Program-made: the position numbers and the translations under genes
Virus record (IMG/VR): IMGVR_UViG_3300036783_000276
Location: 1-30,708 of that record
Strand: one strand, 5' to 3'
DNA length: 30,708 nucleotides
Source of the DNA: a virus
Taxonomy: Duplodnaviria > Caudoviricetes
Notes under the pieces: model-generated
The model's database searches: none
What the model was told of the DNA's origin: nothing
The model's input: the letters and a program-made list of their open reading frames with translations, nothing else
Part shown: piece by piece, positions 16,551 to 24,148 of the stretch
Position numbering within the stretch: the stretch's first letter is position 1
Layout: each line of letters begins with the position of its first letter

Positions 16551-16868
16551 CTATGTCATCGAGACGGAGATGAACGAGACCCTGCCCGCGCCGCTGCCCG
16601 GGGCGGTCCGGCCGTACAGCACCGCCGGGTCCATGTCGCCTTCCGGCGCGGGCACGATCGGGGATTCCTTGGCCTTGGCCCCGGTGAAGTCCTCGCTGCC
16701 GCCGGGCTCTACCGGGTAGCCCTGGGTATCACCCTCGTTGCCTACGTCCGGGCCGCCGATGTAGACGGTGACGTCACCGGTGTTGCGGATCCGGACGCCA
16801 TTCTCGGAAACGGCGCAGATCTCGGTGACGTCCTCGCCTACCTCGCGAGACCCGGATGAGAACCCCAT
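16551..16868 (-). CDS. Putative capsid decoration-like beta protein, 105 aa
   Basis: IRNTGDVTVYIGGPDV...GYPVEPG pattern seen in small virion proteins. Confidence 0.6.
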   Translation of the reverse strand: MGFSSGSREVGEDVTEICAVSENGVRIRNTGDVTVYIGGPDVGNEGDTQGYPVEPGGSEDFTGAKAKESPIVPAPEGDMDPAVLYGRTAPGSGAGRVSFISVSMT

Positions 16869-16872
16869 GGCC

Positions 16873-17436
16873 CTAGCCGCGTACCGCCCGGCCGCCGCGC
16901 AGCACCCGCCCGCCGCCCGGCTGGAACCGGCTGCTGCCGGCCTGCGGCTCGTTGCCCTTGATGCCGGGGAGCTGCGGGCCGCCGGAGGCGTAGCCGTCGT
17001 CGTTGGCCTGGGTCCAGTCGCCGGGCCCGGCCGTATCGTCGCCTACGGTGTCCGAAGCGTAGGAGCCGGACAGGTAGCTGCCGGGCCGGGTGAACGTCAC
17101 CTGGGTGCCGCCGTTACCCAGGTCCGGGACGGCTCCCTGGGTGCCGGGGGCTCCGGTCCGGGTGATGTCGGACTCACTGATCCCGGTCAGGCCGTCCTGC
17201 GTCTGGCCGGGCTCGTTGGTCGGGTCGGCGCTGCCGGACGCTCCGGCCGTGCCCGGGGCCCCGGTACCGGTGGGCAGCGGGCCGCCGAAGATGCCGTGGT
17301 CGGTGCCGGGCGGGTACTGGCCGGGCTCGTTGGTCGGATCGCTGCCGCCGTCACGGACCCCGGAATACCCGGTGGACCCGCGCTCGGCAGAATACTTCTC
17401 GGCGGAGTAACCGGGAACGTTGCTGCTAGTGGCCAT
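16873..17436 (-). CDS. Gly/Thr/Pro-rich low-complexity protein with duplicated DPTNEPGQ and TGAPGT motifs, 187 aa
   Basis: GAGGAG RBS; internal repeats. Confidence 0.75.
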   Translation of the reverse strand: MATSSNVPGYSAEKYSAERGSTGYSGVRDGGSDPTNEPGQYPPGTDHGIFGGPLPTGTGAPGTAGASGSADPTNEPGQTQDGLTGISESDITRTGAPGTQGAVPDLGNGGTQVTFTRPGSYLSGSYASDTVGDDTAGPGDWTQANDDGYASGGPQLPGIKGNEPQAGSSRFQPGGGRVLRGGRAVRG

Positions 17437-17487
17437 CAGGGGCTCCTCATCTCGGTGCCCGGCTCCTGACGGCCTCGGGTCTTGCAG

Positions 17488-17781
17488 TCACTGTCCAGCA
17501 TAGCCGCCGCGACCTGCGGCGAGGGCTGCCGCGTGCGGGGAGCAGCGCGGGCACTGGAAGTTCCCCAGGTCCGCGCTGTCGGCGATGACGGTCATCCCGG
17601 GCACGCCCAGGTGGCCGCACGGGAGCCGCCGCGACAGCACCCCGGCGTCCCGGCAGGACCCGCAGACGGACCGGCCGTCCGGGAGGTCGATCCGGGCGGC
17701 GAGCGCGCCGATCCGGTGCCCGCAGGCCGCGCAGTGCGGCCCGGTGCGGGCCCGGGGCAGGCGGCGGCTGTTGCTCATCAC
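17488..17781 (-). CDS. Zn-finger-like hypothetical protein, ~97 aa
   Basis: CAAC, CGSC, PCGH and CPRC motifs. Confidence 0.6.
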   Translation of the reverse strand: MMSNSRRLPRARTGPHCAACGHRIGALAARIDLPDGRSVCGSCRDAGVLSRRLPCGHLGVPGMTVIADSADLGNFQCPRCSPHAAALAAGRGGYAGQ

Positions 17782-18110
17782 GCGGGCTCGCCGGTCTCCT
17801 CGCCCGTGGTCTCGTCCTCCGGCGGGGCGGCCTCGGCCTCGGCCTGGGAGGCGGGGCGGACGCCCTCCGGCTGGGAGACTGCGGGCGGGTCGCCGTCGTA
17901 GGGCACTTCCGAGCCCGGGGCGCCGACGATGCCGTCCTCGGCGTACGCCTGGGCCGAGGCGATGTCGCCGGCCCGCAGCGAGGCGTCGAACGGCTCCACG
18001 CCGTCGCGGGCGCCTTCCTCGGCCTCGATCTGGGTTGCCGGGCGCGGGTCGGTCACGGCCGGGGCCTCCGGACCGGTCTCCTCGGTGCCGGCGGTGGTCT
18101 CTTCGCTCAT
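17778..18110 (-). CDS. Acidic disordered protein, 110 aa (MSEETTAGTEE...)
   Basis: ATG 18110 with GGAGGA RBS and ATGA coupling. Confidence 0.7.
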   Translation of the reverse strand: MSEETTAGTEETGPEAPAVTDPRPATQIEAEEGARDGVEPFDASLRAGDIASAQAYAEDGIVGAPGSEVPYDGDPPAVSQPEGVRPASQAEAEAAPPEDETTGEETGEPA

Positions 18111-18598
18111 AGTCGTCCTCCGTAACGTGACATGAGATCTGCCTTGGTCATCGAACCGGCCTGGTCGGCGGTGGCGCCCTGGGAGACCGCGAAATCGATC
18201 CAGGCCTGCTTCGGCGCGGACGGGGGCGGGGCGATGCCCGTGTCCGGCTCGGCGGCCGAGACCCGGGCGACCGGGGATATCTCGGCTACGGCCGACACCT
18301 CGGGCGGCGCCACCGGTGACGGCAGGGTCTCCTGCCAGGCGGCGTGCTCGGCGGCGGCCTGGGCAGCCAGCCGCTCGCCCTCCACCTGGGATTCCGGCCG
18401 GGCCTGAGCCGGGACCGGGGGCGGGACGGCCGGCTCGTCGTCGTCCTGCCCGGCGTCCACCGCGTTCTGGCCCCTGATCAGGTCCTCGGCCTCCCAGTCG
18501 GGAACCGTGATCACCGTGCCTGCCAGCGGCCACCGGCGGCCGTCGTGCCGTTCCCCGGAGATGCCGACGACCATCCGGACCTTGCGCGTGCCAGCCAT
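18107..18598 (-). CDS. Capsid-adjacent protein with C-terminal Rho-N/HeH-like motif, 163 aa
   Basis: GGAGGAAGG RBS; PPPSAPKQAWIDFA...MTKADLM motif typical of genes directly after HK97 capsids in actinophages. Confidence 0.75.
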   Translation of the reverse strand: MAGTRKVRMVVGISGERHDGRRWPLAGTVITVPDWEAEDLIRGQNAVDAGQDDDEPAVPPPVPAQARPESQVEGERLAAQAAAEHAAWQETLPSPVAPPEVSAVAEISPVARVSAAEPDTGIAPPPSAPKQAWIDFAVSQGATADQAGSMTKADLMSRYGGRL

Positions 18599-18670
18599 TG
18601 CCTTCCTCCGGGTCCTGGTCCAGGGCCCGTGCCGTCGCCTGGCAGCGGCACGGACCCGGACGTGACGTGG

Positions 18671-18725
18671 TTGCCATTCTTTAATTCACTTTGCTCCGTC
18701 AGGGCCGCGAATTAAAGAATGGCAA
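18671..18725. terminator. Perfect 17-bp AT-rich inverted repeat immediately after the capsid stop codon
   Basis: TTGCCATTCTTTAATTC (18671-18687) pairs with GAATTAAAGAATGGCAA (18709-18725), 21-nt loop; no U-tract, so terminator function is inferred. Confidence 0.55.
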
Positions 18726-18727
18726 TT

Positions 18728-19987
18728 CTAGGTGCTGGCGCCTACGTACAGCTTGATCGCGCCCGTTCTGTCGACCAGTGTCCCGTCGCCGCGAAGAATG
18801 GCCCTGAAGGTCACAAGATCGCTTCCGAAGGCAAAGTCGTCGCTGCGCTCGAATCGGACCCCGCCGACCAGCCGGACGAAATACTGACTGAAATCGCCGA
18901 ATGCGATCGCCTTGGCCGACGTGGCCTGGGCGGGCATGAACGGGTCCGCGACCAGCGGCTTCCCGAGCAGGAGGTCCGGAGAGCCGAGAACTGCGGACGG
19001 TTCCCAGATCGGCCGGCCGACCGTATCCGTGATTTTCCTGAAGCCCCCGATGGTCTTATCGGCAGCCAGCCAATAGCACGAGCGCGATTGGCGATAGGGC
19101 GCGATCACGGAGTATTCCAGGTCCACCAAGTTGGCATAACTCGGGGCCCCGGAAACGCCGGTGACGGACCCGGTGACGCCGGTCGTGGCGGCGGTGACGA
19201 TGCCGGTCGGCTGGTTGGTGCCGGTCCCGTTCACCAAGTCCGTGCCGAACGCGTTGCCGAGCGCGCGGCCGGCCTGCATGGCCAGGTAGCCGAGAAGATC
19301 GACGGCCGTGTCATCGATCAGCTCCCTCGCGACCTGGAGGAGAACGCCGTATTTCCAGGCAGACAGGCTCTGCATCGAGAAGGCCGGGTCCGAGGTCGGC
19401 AGGTTGCCCGCCTGGGCCGCCGAGGCCGCCGTGGAATGCGCGGTGGTCTTCGGCACCTGGAGCGTCTCGCCGCCGCCGGTGTTCAGGACCGTGGGCCCGC
19501 ACTGCATGACGCCCGAAACTTCTATCAAATGCGCGATGAGCATGTCATAGAAATCCGTAGGTACAATCGAAGAAGCGTTTGTACCCTGCGCACCTGTGGT
19601 GAGAACCCGGTAGTTAACCGGGCCGAGGCCGGGGTCGCGGCGGATCTCCAGGTGCCTGGCCGCCCCTTCCTCGCCGCGCGCCCACTTGCGGATCTCCTCC
19701 AGCATCTTGCCGCCGCCGGCGGTGCGCTGGGCCTGGCCCTGCTCGGGCCTCTTGCCGGAGAGGGCGTCGAAGGCGTCGTCGGCTTCCTTGGCCCGCTTCT
19801 CGGTGTCGAGCACCGCGCGGATGCGGGTGTCGAGCTTGGTCATCTCCTCCTGGAGCGCGTCCCAGCGGCCCTGCTCCTCATCGGTCAGGGCCCGGTTCTC
19901 CTCGGCGGCGGACTCCGCGATGCCCTTCGCGTCATTCCACACATTCATGCGCCGGTCTCGAAGACGCTTTGCGACTTCAGATGCCAT
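18728..19987 (-). CDS. Major capsid protein, HK97 family, 419 aa
   Basis: N-terminal coiled-coil delta domain; IVPTDFY, ARELIDD, GTGTNQPTGI, LLGKP, FGDFSQY and FRAILRGDG motifs. Confidence 0.95.
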   Translation of the reverse strand: MASEVAKRLRDRRMNVWNDAKGIAESAAEENRALTDEEQGRWDALQEEMTKLDTRIRAVLDTEKRAKEADDAFDALSGKRPEQGQAQRTAGGGKMLEEIRKWARGEEGAARHLEIRRDPGLGPVNYRVLTTGAQGTNASSIVPTDFYDMLIAHLIEVSGVMQCGPTVLNTGGGETLQVPKTTAHSTAASAAQAGNLPTSDPAFSMQSLSAWKYGVLLQVARELIDDTAVDLLGYLAMQAGRALGNAFGTDLVNGTGTNQPTGIVTAATTGVTGSVTGVSGAPSYANLVDLEYSVIAPYRQSRSCYWLAADKTIGGFRKITDTVGRPIWEPSAVLGSPDLLLGKPLVADPFMPAQATSAKAIAFGDFSQYFVRLVGGVRFERSDDFAFGSDLVTFRAILRGDGTLVDRTGAIKLYVGAST

Positions 19988-20000
19988 TTCGGTTTTCCCT

Positions 20001-20071
20001 TCTGACTAGGCATCCTTTGTCTGCGGCTCCGTCCGTACGCTTAGGCAGCTACGGCCTCTCAGACTGTTCTG
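20001..20071 (-). promoter_or_regulatory. Capsid leader motif AGAACAG-N7-GGCCGTAGCTGCC-N7-ACGGACGG
   Basis: The same blocks recur at 4739-4783; can fold (GTCTG/CAGAC, CCGTA/TACGG). Confidence 0.5.
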
Positions 20072-20088
20072 TTTTCTGGACGGGCGAG

Positions 20089-21102
20089 CTAGATCTCGTC
20101 CGCGTAGGGGTCCTCCATGTTGTTCTGGAGGGCGAGCAGCGCCTGCTGCCCGGTCATGGCCGGACGCGGCTTGGCCCGCTGCGCCGGGACCGTGGTCTTC
20201 GGCCGGCCGCCGTCCGCGCTGACCCGCTTGAAGAACTCCATCGCCCGGCCGGAGGTCAGCATCGAGCGGACCTCCTCGGGGTCGCCCTGGACCCAGTTGG
20301 ACAGCGATTCCACCGCGCCGTTCATCGCGCGGGCGCCGGCCGTGGCATCCGGGTAGGCCGGGTCGAGGACCGGCGCGACATCGATAAGTTGCAGGTCAAG
20401 CAGGGTCCGCATCGGGTAGTTGAACTCCGAGACACCCCACTCGTCGCCGCCCGGGTAGACCCGGAAGGCGAAGCTGCTGTGCCGGACGTCGCCGCGCTGC
20501 ACGTATTCGAGGACGTCGCTGCGGGCGTTCGGGGGCTGGACCTCGTACACCAAGCCGGTGTCGTCGGTGGCCAGCCGGAGGGTGCGGGCGTGGGTGGTGC
20601 CGAGCAGCGCGGTGTTGTCGTGGTTGTACCGGCACACGACGTCGGGCCAGCCATCGGCCTTGGCCGAGTTGAACGCCGACCGGTTCACCTGCTCCACGAA
20701 CCCGCCCAGCTTGCGGCTCAGCTTGTCGTAGCAGGCCGCGTACCCGTAGATCATGCTCGGGCCGCCGTCGTGCTGGGACCGGATCTCCGGCGGGAACCGG
20801 GTGAACCGGCGCTCCGGGAACCCGTCCGGCTCGGCGATCCCGAACGCGGACCGCTCGTTCCCGGACACGTTGATGCCGTGCTTGCGCGCGGCGGCCAGGA
20901 TCTTCGGCATCGCGGCCTTGCCGAACGGCGACTGCGGCGCTCGTGACAATGCATTACGAGTGTGTGCCTCGTCGTGAACTGGGAAGTGGCGCTTGGATCT
21001 GGGGGTTGTCTTCCCGGACGGGTCGCGCTGACCCCCCGGCTCGATATACGCGAACGCGCTGTCGGGGAGATCATTGATCGCAGCCGACGTCATTTCAGCC
21101 AT
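20089..21102 (-). CDS. HK97 prohead maturation protease with N-terminal DUF6582-like domain, 337 aa
   Basis: NDLPDSAFAY...HFPVHDEAHTRNAL domain, then GYAACY, FVEQV, YNHD, SSFAF and DVAPVLDPAYPD protease motifs. Confidence 0.92.
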   Translation of the reverse strand: MAEMTSAAINDLPDSAFAYIEPGGQRDPSGKTTPRSKRHFPVHDEAHTRNALSRAPQSPFGKAAMPKILAAARKHGINVSGNERSAFGIAEPDGFPERRFTRFPPEIRSQHDGGPSMIYGYAACYDKLSRKLGGFVEQVNRSAFNSAKADGWPDVVCRYNHDNTALLGTTHARTLRLATDDTGLVYEVQPPNARSDVLEYVQRGDVRHSSFAFRVYPGGDEWGVSEFNYPMRTLLDLQLIDVAPVLDPAYPDATAGARAMNGAVESLSNWVQGDPEEVRSMLTSGRAMEFFKRVSADGGRPKTTVPAQRAKPRPAMTGQQALLALQNNMEDPYADEI

Positions 21103-21182
21103 GCTCTGTAACCCTTCGTTTACCTGGCTAAACCCGGGCGCAACGATCGCCCCTGCGTTACCGTTCACGGGAATGCCCGGCA

Positions 21183-22826
21183 TCAGTGACCACTCCCGTT
21201 GACACCGTTGAGGACGGCCGTCTTCGGCGCCGGTATCCACGCGCCTACGTACTCCGGTTCGTCCCGGTACCCGCCCAGCCGTCCCCACTGGCCGCTGCCG
21301 CCAAGGCCGCCAGCTCGCTTGCCCGGGGCGTACCGACCGTAGTCCCGGGCCAGATCCTGGATGACGTGCTCCGGCAGGGCGATCCCGAGCCGGCTGAAAG
21401 ACTCAGCTATATCACGCACGTCGCGCAGGTCAGCCCCTCCGCGCCAGTCGTTATGACCCCGTTGCTGGCCGATCGTCTGGGCCAGCACCGACTCCGGCCC
21501 GGGGACCGGCTGGCCGGAGTCGGCGGCGATGCCTTCCTTCTCCAGCTTCTCCAGCCGGTCCACAGCCAGGTCCATCTCCAGCGTGATCGCATCGAGCATC
21601 GAGTTCGGGATGCCACGGATCGACCTGGACATCGCCACCATGACCTCCAGCGGGATGTTCTCCCCGCCGGCCTTGCCGGGCAGCGGCTCCAGGTCCTCCA
21701 GGTCACGCAGCTCATCGGTGGTGCGCAGGCCCATGTCCCGCTGGAGCTTGTAAATCTCGGTCCGCGTCTTCAGATCGGTCTTCAGGAGGGCATCGCTGTC
21801 GAAGCGGCAGTACCGGTTGGACGGGAGGATGTCAAAGAACGCGGTCTCCAGCCGGACCAGCCACGGACGCAGCGCCTCGATCACCTGGAGCGTGCTTTGC
21901 TCAACGGTATTGTAGGTGAGCGAGTCACCCCTGGTGCCGCCGATGCGGTCGGGAGGCAAACCCAGCACCGAGGCCATCTGGGTGGCGTTCATCCGCATCG
22001 CATCAATAAACTGCGCCTCAGAAGGCGGCACCGTTACCGGTTTGTAATCCCAGTCCCTTCCATATACAAGTGGCTCCCTGCGGCGGATTGTCGCAGTCAG
22101 CATCGAACGGATCTCCTCAGCCTGATCCGCATCGATCTCTATTTCGGAATTCTGGAACGTGCCTGGGGGGAAACCGCCAGCCCTGTACCAGTCGGTGCCG
22201 TACCGCTGGGCTTCCAGGCCGGACAGGATGGTCAGCGCGAACGCGCGCAGCAGCGAGATCCCCTCCAGTCGGCCGGCCAGGGAAAACGCCTTGACGTGGA
22301 ACAGCTCGTCTCGCTTCATGAGACGGCCGTAGACATAAATCCTGGTCCGCAGCGGGTTCCACGGCTGCATCTCGTCGTCCTGGACGCTGACGTCATCGGG
22401 GGGAATCCACTCGATCCCGGTGGGGAACCCGTAGCCGTCCCGGCCGGTGATGAACCCCCAGGCGTTGCCCTGGAGGACCAGGCTGGTCATCATCGTGAAC
22501 AGCCAGTCGAACAGGGTGCCGTCCACGGACGGGTGGTCGAACAGGGTGGGCCCGTGCCAGCGGACCGCGTGTCCGTCCGGGCCGTTGCGGGCGTAGATCT
22601 TCAGCGGCAGCGCGGACACCGAGTCGGCCAGCAGCCGGGCGCCGGAGTAGAGCGCGGGCAGGCCGAGGGCCTCGTCCTGGCCGTACATCGACCGGGACGG
22701 GTGGACCGGGCCGCCCTGGCTAAAAACTTCCAGAAAGGACTATCCCACGGGCGGTAATCGCCAGGGGACACCTCCTATAACGCGCTGCTCAGATCGGCTA
22801 GCCTGGATGCGTTCTATGAGACCCAC
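21183..22826 (-). CDS. Portal protein, HK97 family; full length (~544 aa) requires two recoding events at TTA codons (22755-22757, 22721-22723); the ORF track shows only 21183..22688
   Basis: LLADSVSALPL, LVLQGNAW, LFHVK, GISLL, EAQFID and LRPWLVRLE motifs; GTG 22826 with GGAGGAGG RBS is in frame with ATG 22688 but blocked by TAG at 22740-22742. Confidence 0.9.
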
Positions 22827-22864
22827 TGGATAACTCACCTCCTCCCTATTGCTAGAATGGAAGG

Positions 22865-23581
22865 ATGGGAAGAGGGACGCCAGATCTGACAGGCCAGTGT
22901 TTCGGGCGGCTTCGCGTGCTCATGCGCGACTGGGATGCACCTGGCCCGCACGTTAAATGGCTGTGCTGGTGCGCGATTGAACTCGGCGGTTGCGGCACGA
23001 TGACGTCGGTAGGAAGTGGCGCGCTGCGCTCGGGGATGACCCAGAGCTGCGGCTGCTTGCATCGTGAGCGGACATCTGCCGCCAACTCGGCTAGGCCCAA
23101 GGCTGCCCGTGTTCCGGTACACAGGAATGCCAAGACCCGCGCTAAAACGGCTGATCCGGCTACTTGGAGAGCTAGCTCCCCGTCCTACGGGAGCTGGCGC
23201 AACATGATCCGGCGTTGCACCAAGCCAGAAGATCCGCGCTACCCGGACTGGGGCGGCCGTGGCATTACCATCGACCCGCCCTGGCTGGACTTCACGAACT
23301 TCCTGGCCGACATGGGCGAACGACCGCCGGGCATGACGCTGAACCGGAAGGACAACAACGGTCCTTACGCCAAGTGGAACTGCGAGTGGGCCACCCCGCA
23401 TGAACAGCAGATGAACAGCCGGAACTTCAAGCTGATCCCGGAAACCGTCGCCGAGATCAAGCGCTTGCACGCCTCGGGGATGACCCTGATCGCCATCGGC
23501 CGGCAGATGAACCTGAACCGGCATACCGTGTCGAGAGCCCTGAGCGGCAAGACCCGGCAGCGCAAAAAAGAGCGCACCTGA
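22865..23581 (+). CDS. Free-standing HNH (homing-type) endonuclease with C-terminal HTH, 238 aa
   Basis: DLTGQCFGRLRV, WLCWC..CG, SCGC, YGSWRNMIRRC, WGGRGI, FLADMGERP, LNRKDNNGPY and NCEWAT...N motifs; TAGAAT -10 box 6 nt before ATG. Confidence 0.9.
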   Translation: MGRGTPDLTGQCFGRLRVLMRDWDAPGPHVKWLCWCAIELGGCGTMTSVGSGALRSGMTQSCGCLHRERTSAANSARPKAARVPVHRNAKTRAKTADPATWRASSPSYGSWRNMIRRCTKPEDPRYPDWGGRGITIDPPWLDFTNFLADMGERPPGMTLNRKDNNGPYAKWNCEWATPHEQQMNSRNFKLIPETVAEIKRLHASGMTLIAIGRQMNLNRHTVSRALSGKTRQRKKERT

Positions 23582-23593
23582 GCCAGATACGTC

Positions 23594-23617
23594 TTGGATG
23601 CGCTCGATCAGCCCCAC
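23594..23617 (-). pseudogene. Orphaned original 5' end of the portal gene (MGLIERIQ) left upstream of the HNH insertion
   Basis: GTG GGG CTG ATC GAG CGC ATC CAA with GAGGAG RBS; the same 8 residues as 22803-22826 but different codons. Confidence 0.8.
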
Positions 23618-23686
23618 GGGGCCGGGACTCCTCGGCTCGGGACGGGCGCCCAGCTCCGTTCCGGCCGTGGGCAGTGATTACCACAC

Positions 23687-23740
23687 AGGTTACGCCACGT
23701 CAGCGCGGTATGGCACGCCAGAGCCGTTAACCAGGGTTAA
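23687..23740 (-). promoter_or_regulatory. Putative portal-operon promoter (-10 TAACCT) with upstream palindrome TTAACC-AG-GGTTAA
   Basis: AGGTTA at 23687-23692; perfect 6-bp inverted repeat at 23727-23740. Confidence 0.45.
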
Positions 23741-23758
23741 GAACCGTATTCCTGTTCG

Positions 23759-24148
23759 CTACGGCGTGTTCAGCCAGCCGTCCGGGATGACCTCCAGCGG
23801 CGCGACGCCCGCCTTCTGCCTGCCCTCGCAGAGCAGGGCCTGGTACTCGTGCGGGTGCTTGCGGGCCAGCCCGGCCATGGCGTGCAGCTCCGGCGGCCAT
23901 TCCCGGCCCAGCCCCGGACGCGGCCAGGTCAGCAGCGCGTCCCAGAGCATCGCCGCCAGCGTCCGCCCCTGAGTGAAGACGGGTGCCGGGAGGATGAACC
24001 GGGCTTCGACCTCACCCCCGCCCCACCTCGAATAGCGGCCCTCGATGCTGAACTGGAACACATCGCCGGTCACGATCGTCGCCTCTTTCGGACCCGGCCC
24101 GGCGTACAGCAGCCAGCCCGGGAGATTCTGGCGGTACACGGCGCTCAC
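23759..24148 (-). CDS. Hypothetical protein, 129 aa
   Basis: GTGA-coupled start; plausible codon usage. Confidence 0.6.
   Translation of the reverse strand: MSAVYRQNLPGWLLYAGPGPKEATIVTGDVFQFSIEGRYSRWGGGEVEARFILPAPVFTQGRTLAAMLWDALLTWPRPGLGREWPPELHAMAGLARKHPHEYQALLCEGRQKAGVAPLEVIPDGWLNTP

Noticed and set aside
20089-21288. ORF-track starts for the protease (21288), GT2 (10301, 11301, 12044) and 17778..18677
   Set aside because: These extensions overlap upstream genes; coupled or RBS-supported starts at 21102, 10175, 11145, 11810 and 18110 fit better.
22740-22742. Amber read-through or stop-codon reassignment as the explanation for the portal TAG
   Set aside because: TAG is the normal stop of many genes here, including the capsid and terminase. 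The frame-0 segment LPPVG*SFLEVF looks less protein-like than the +1 segment bounded by two TTA codons. It is not formally excluded.
22827-23593. Group I intron in the portal gene
   Set aside because: The HNH ORF is antisense and fills nearly the whole insert. I see no intron core elements, and the duplicated start makes splicing unnecessary.
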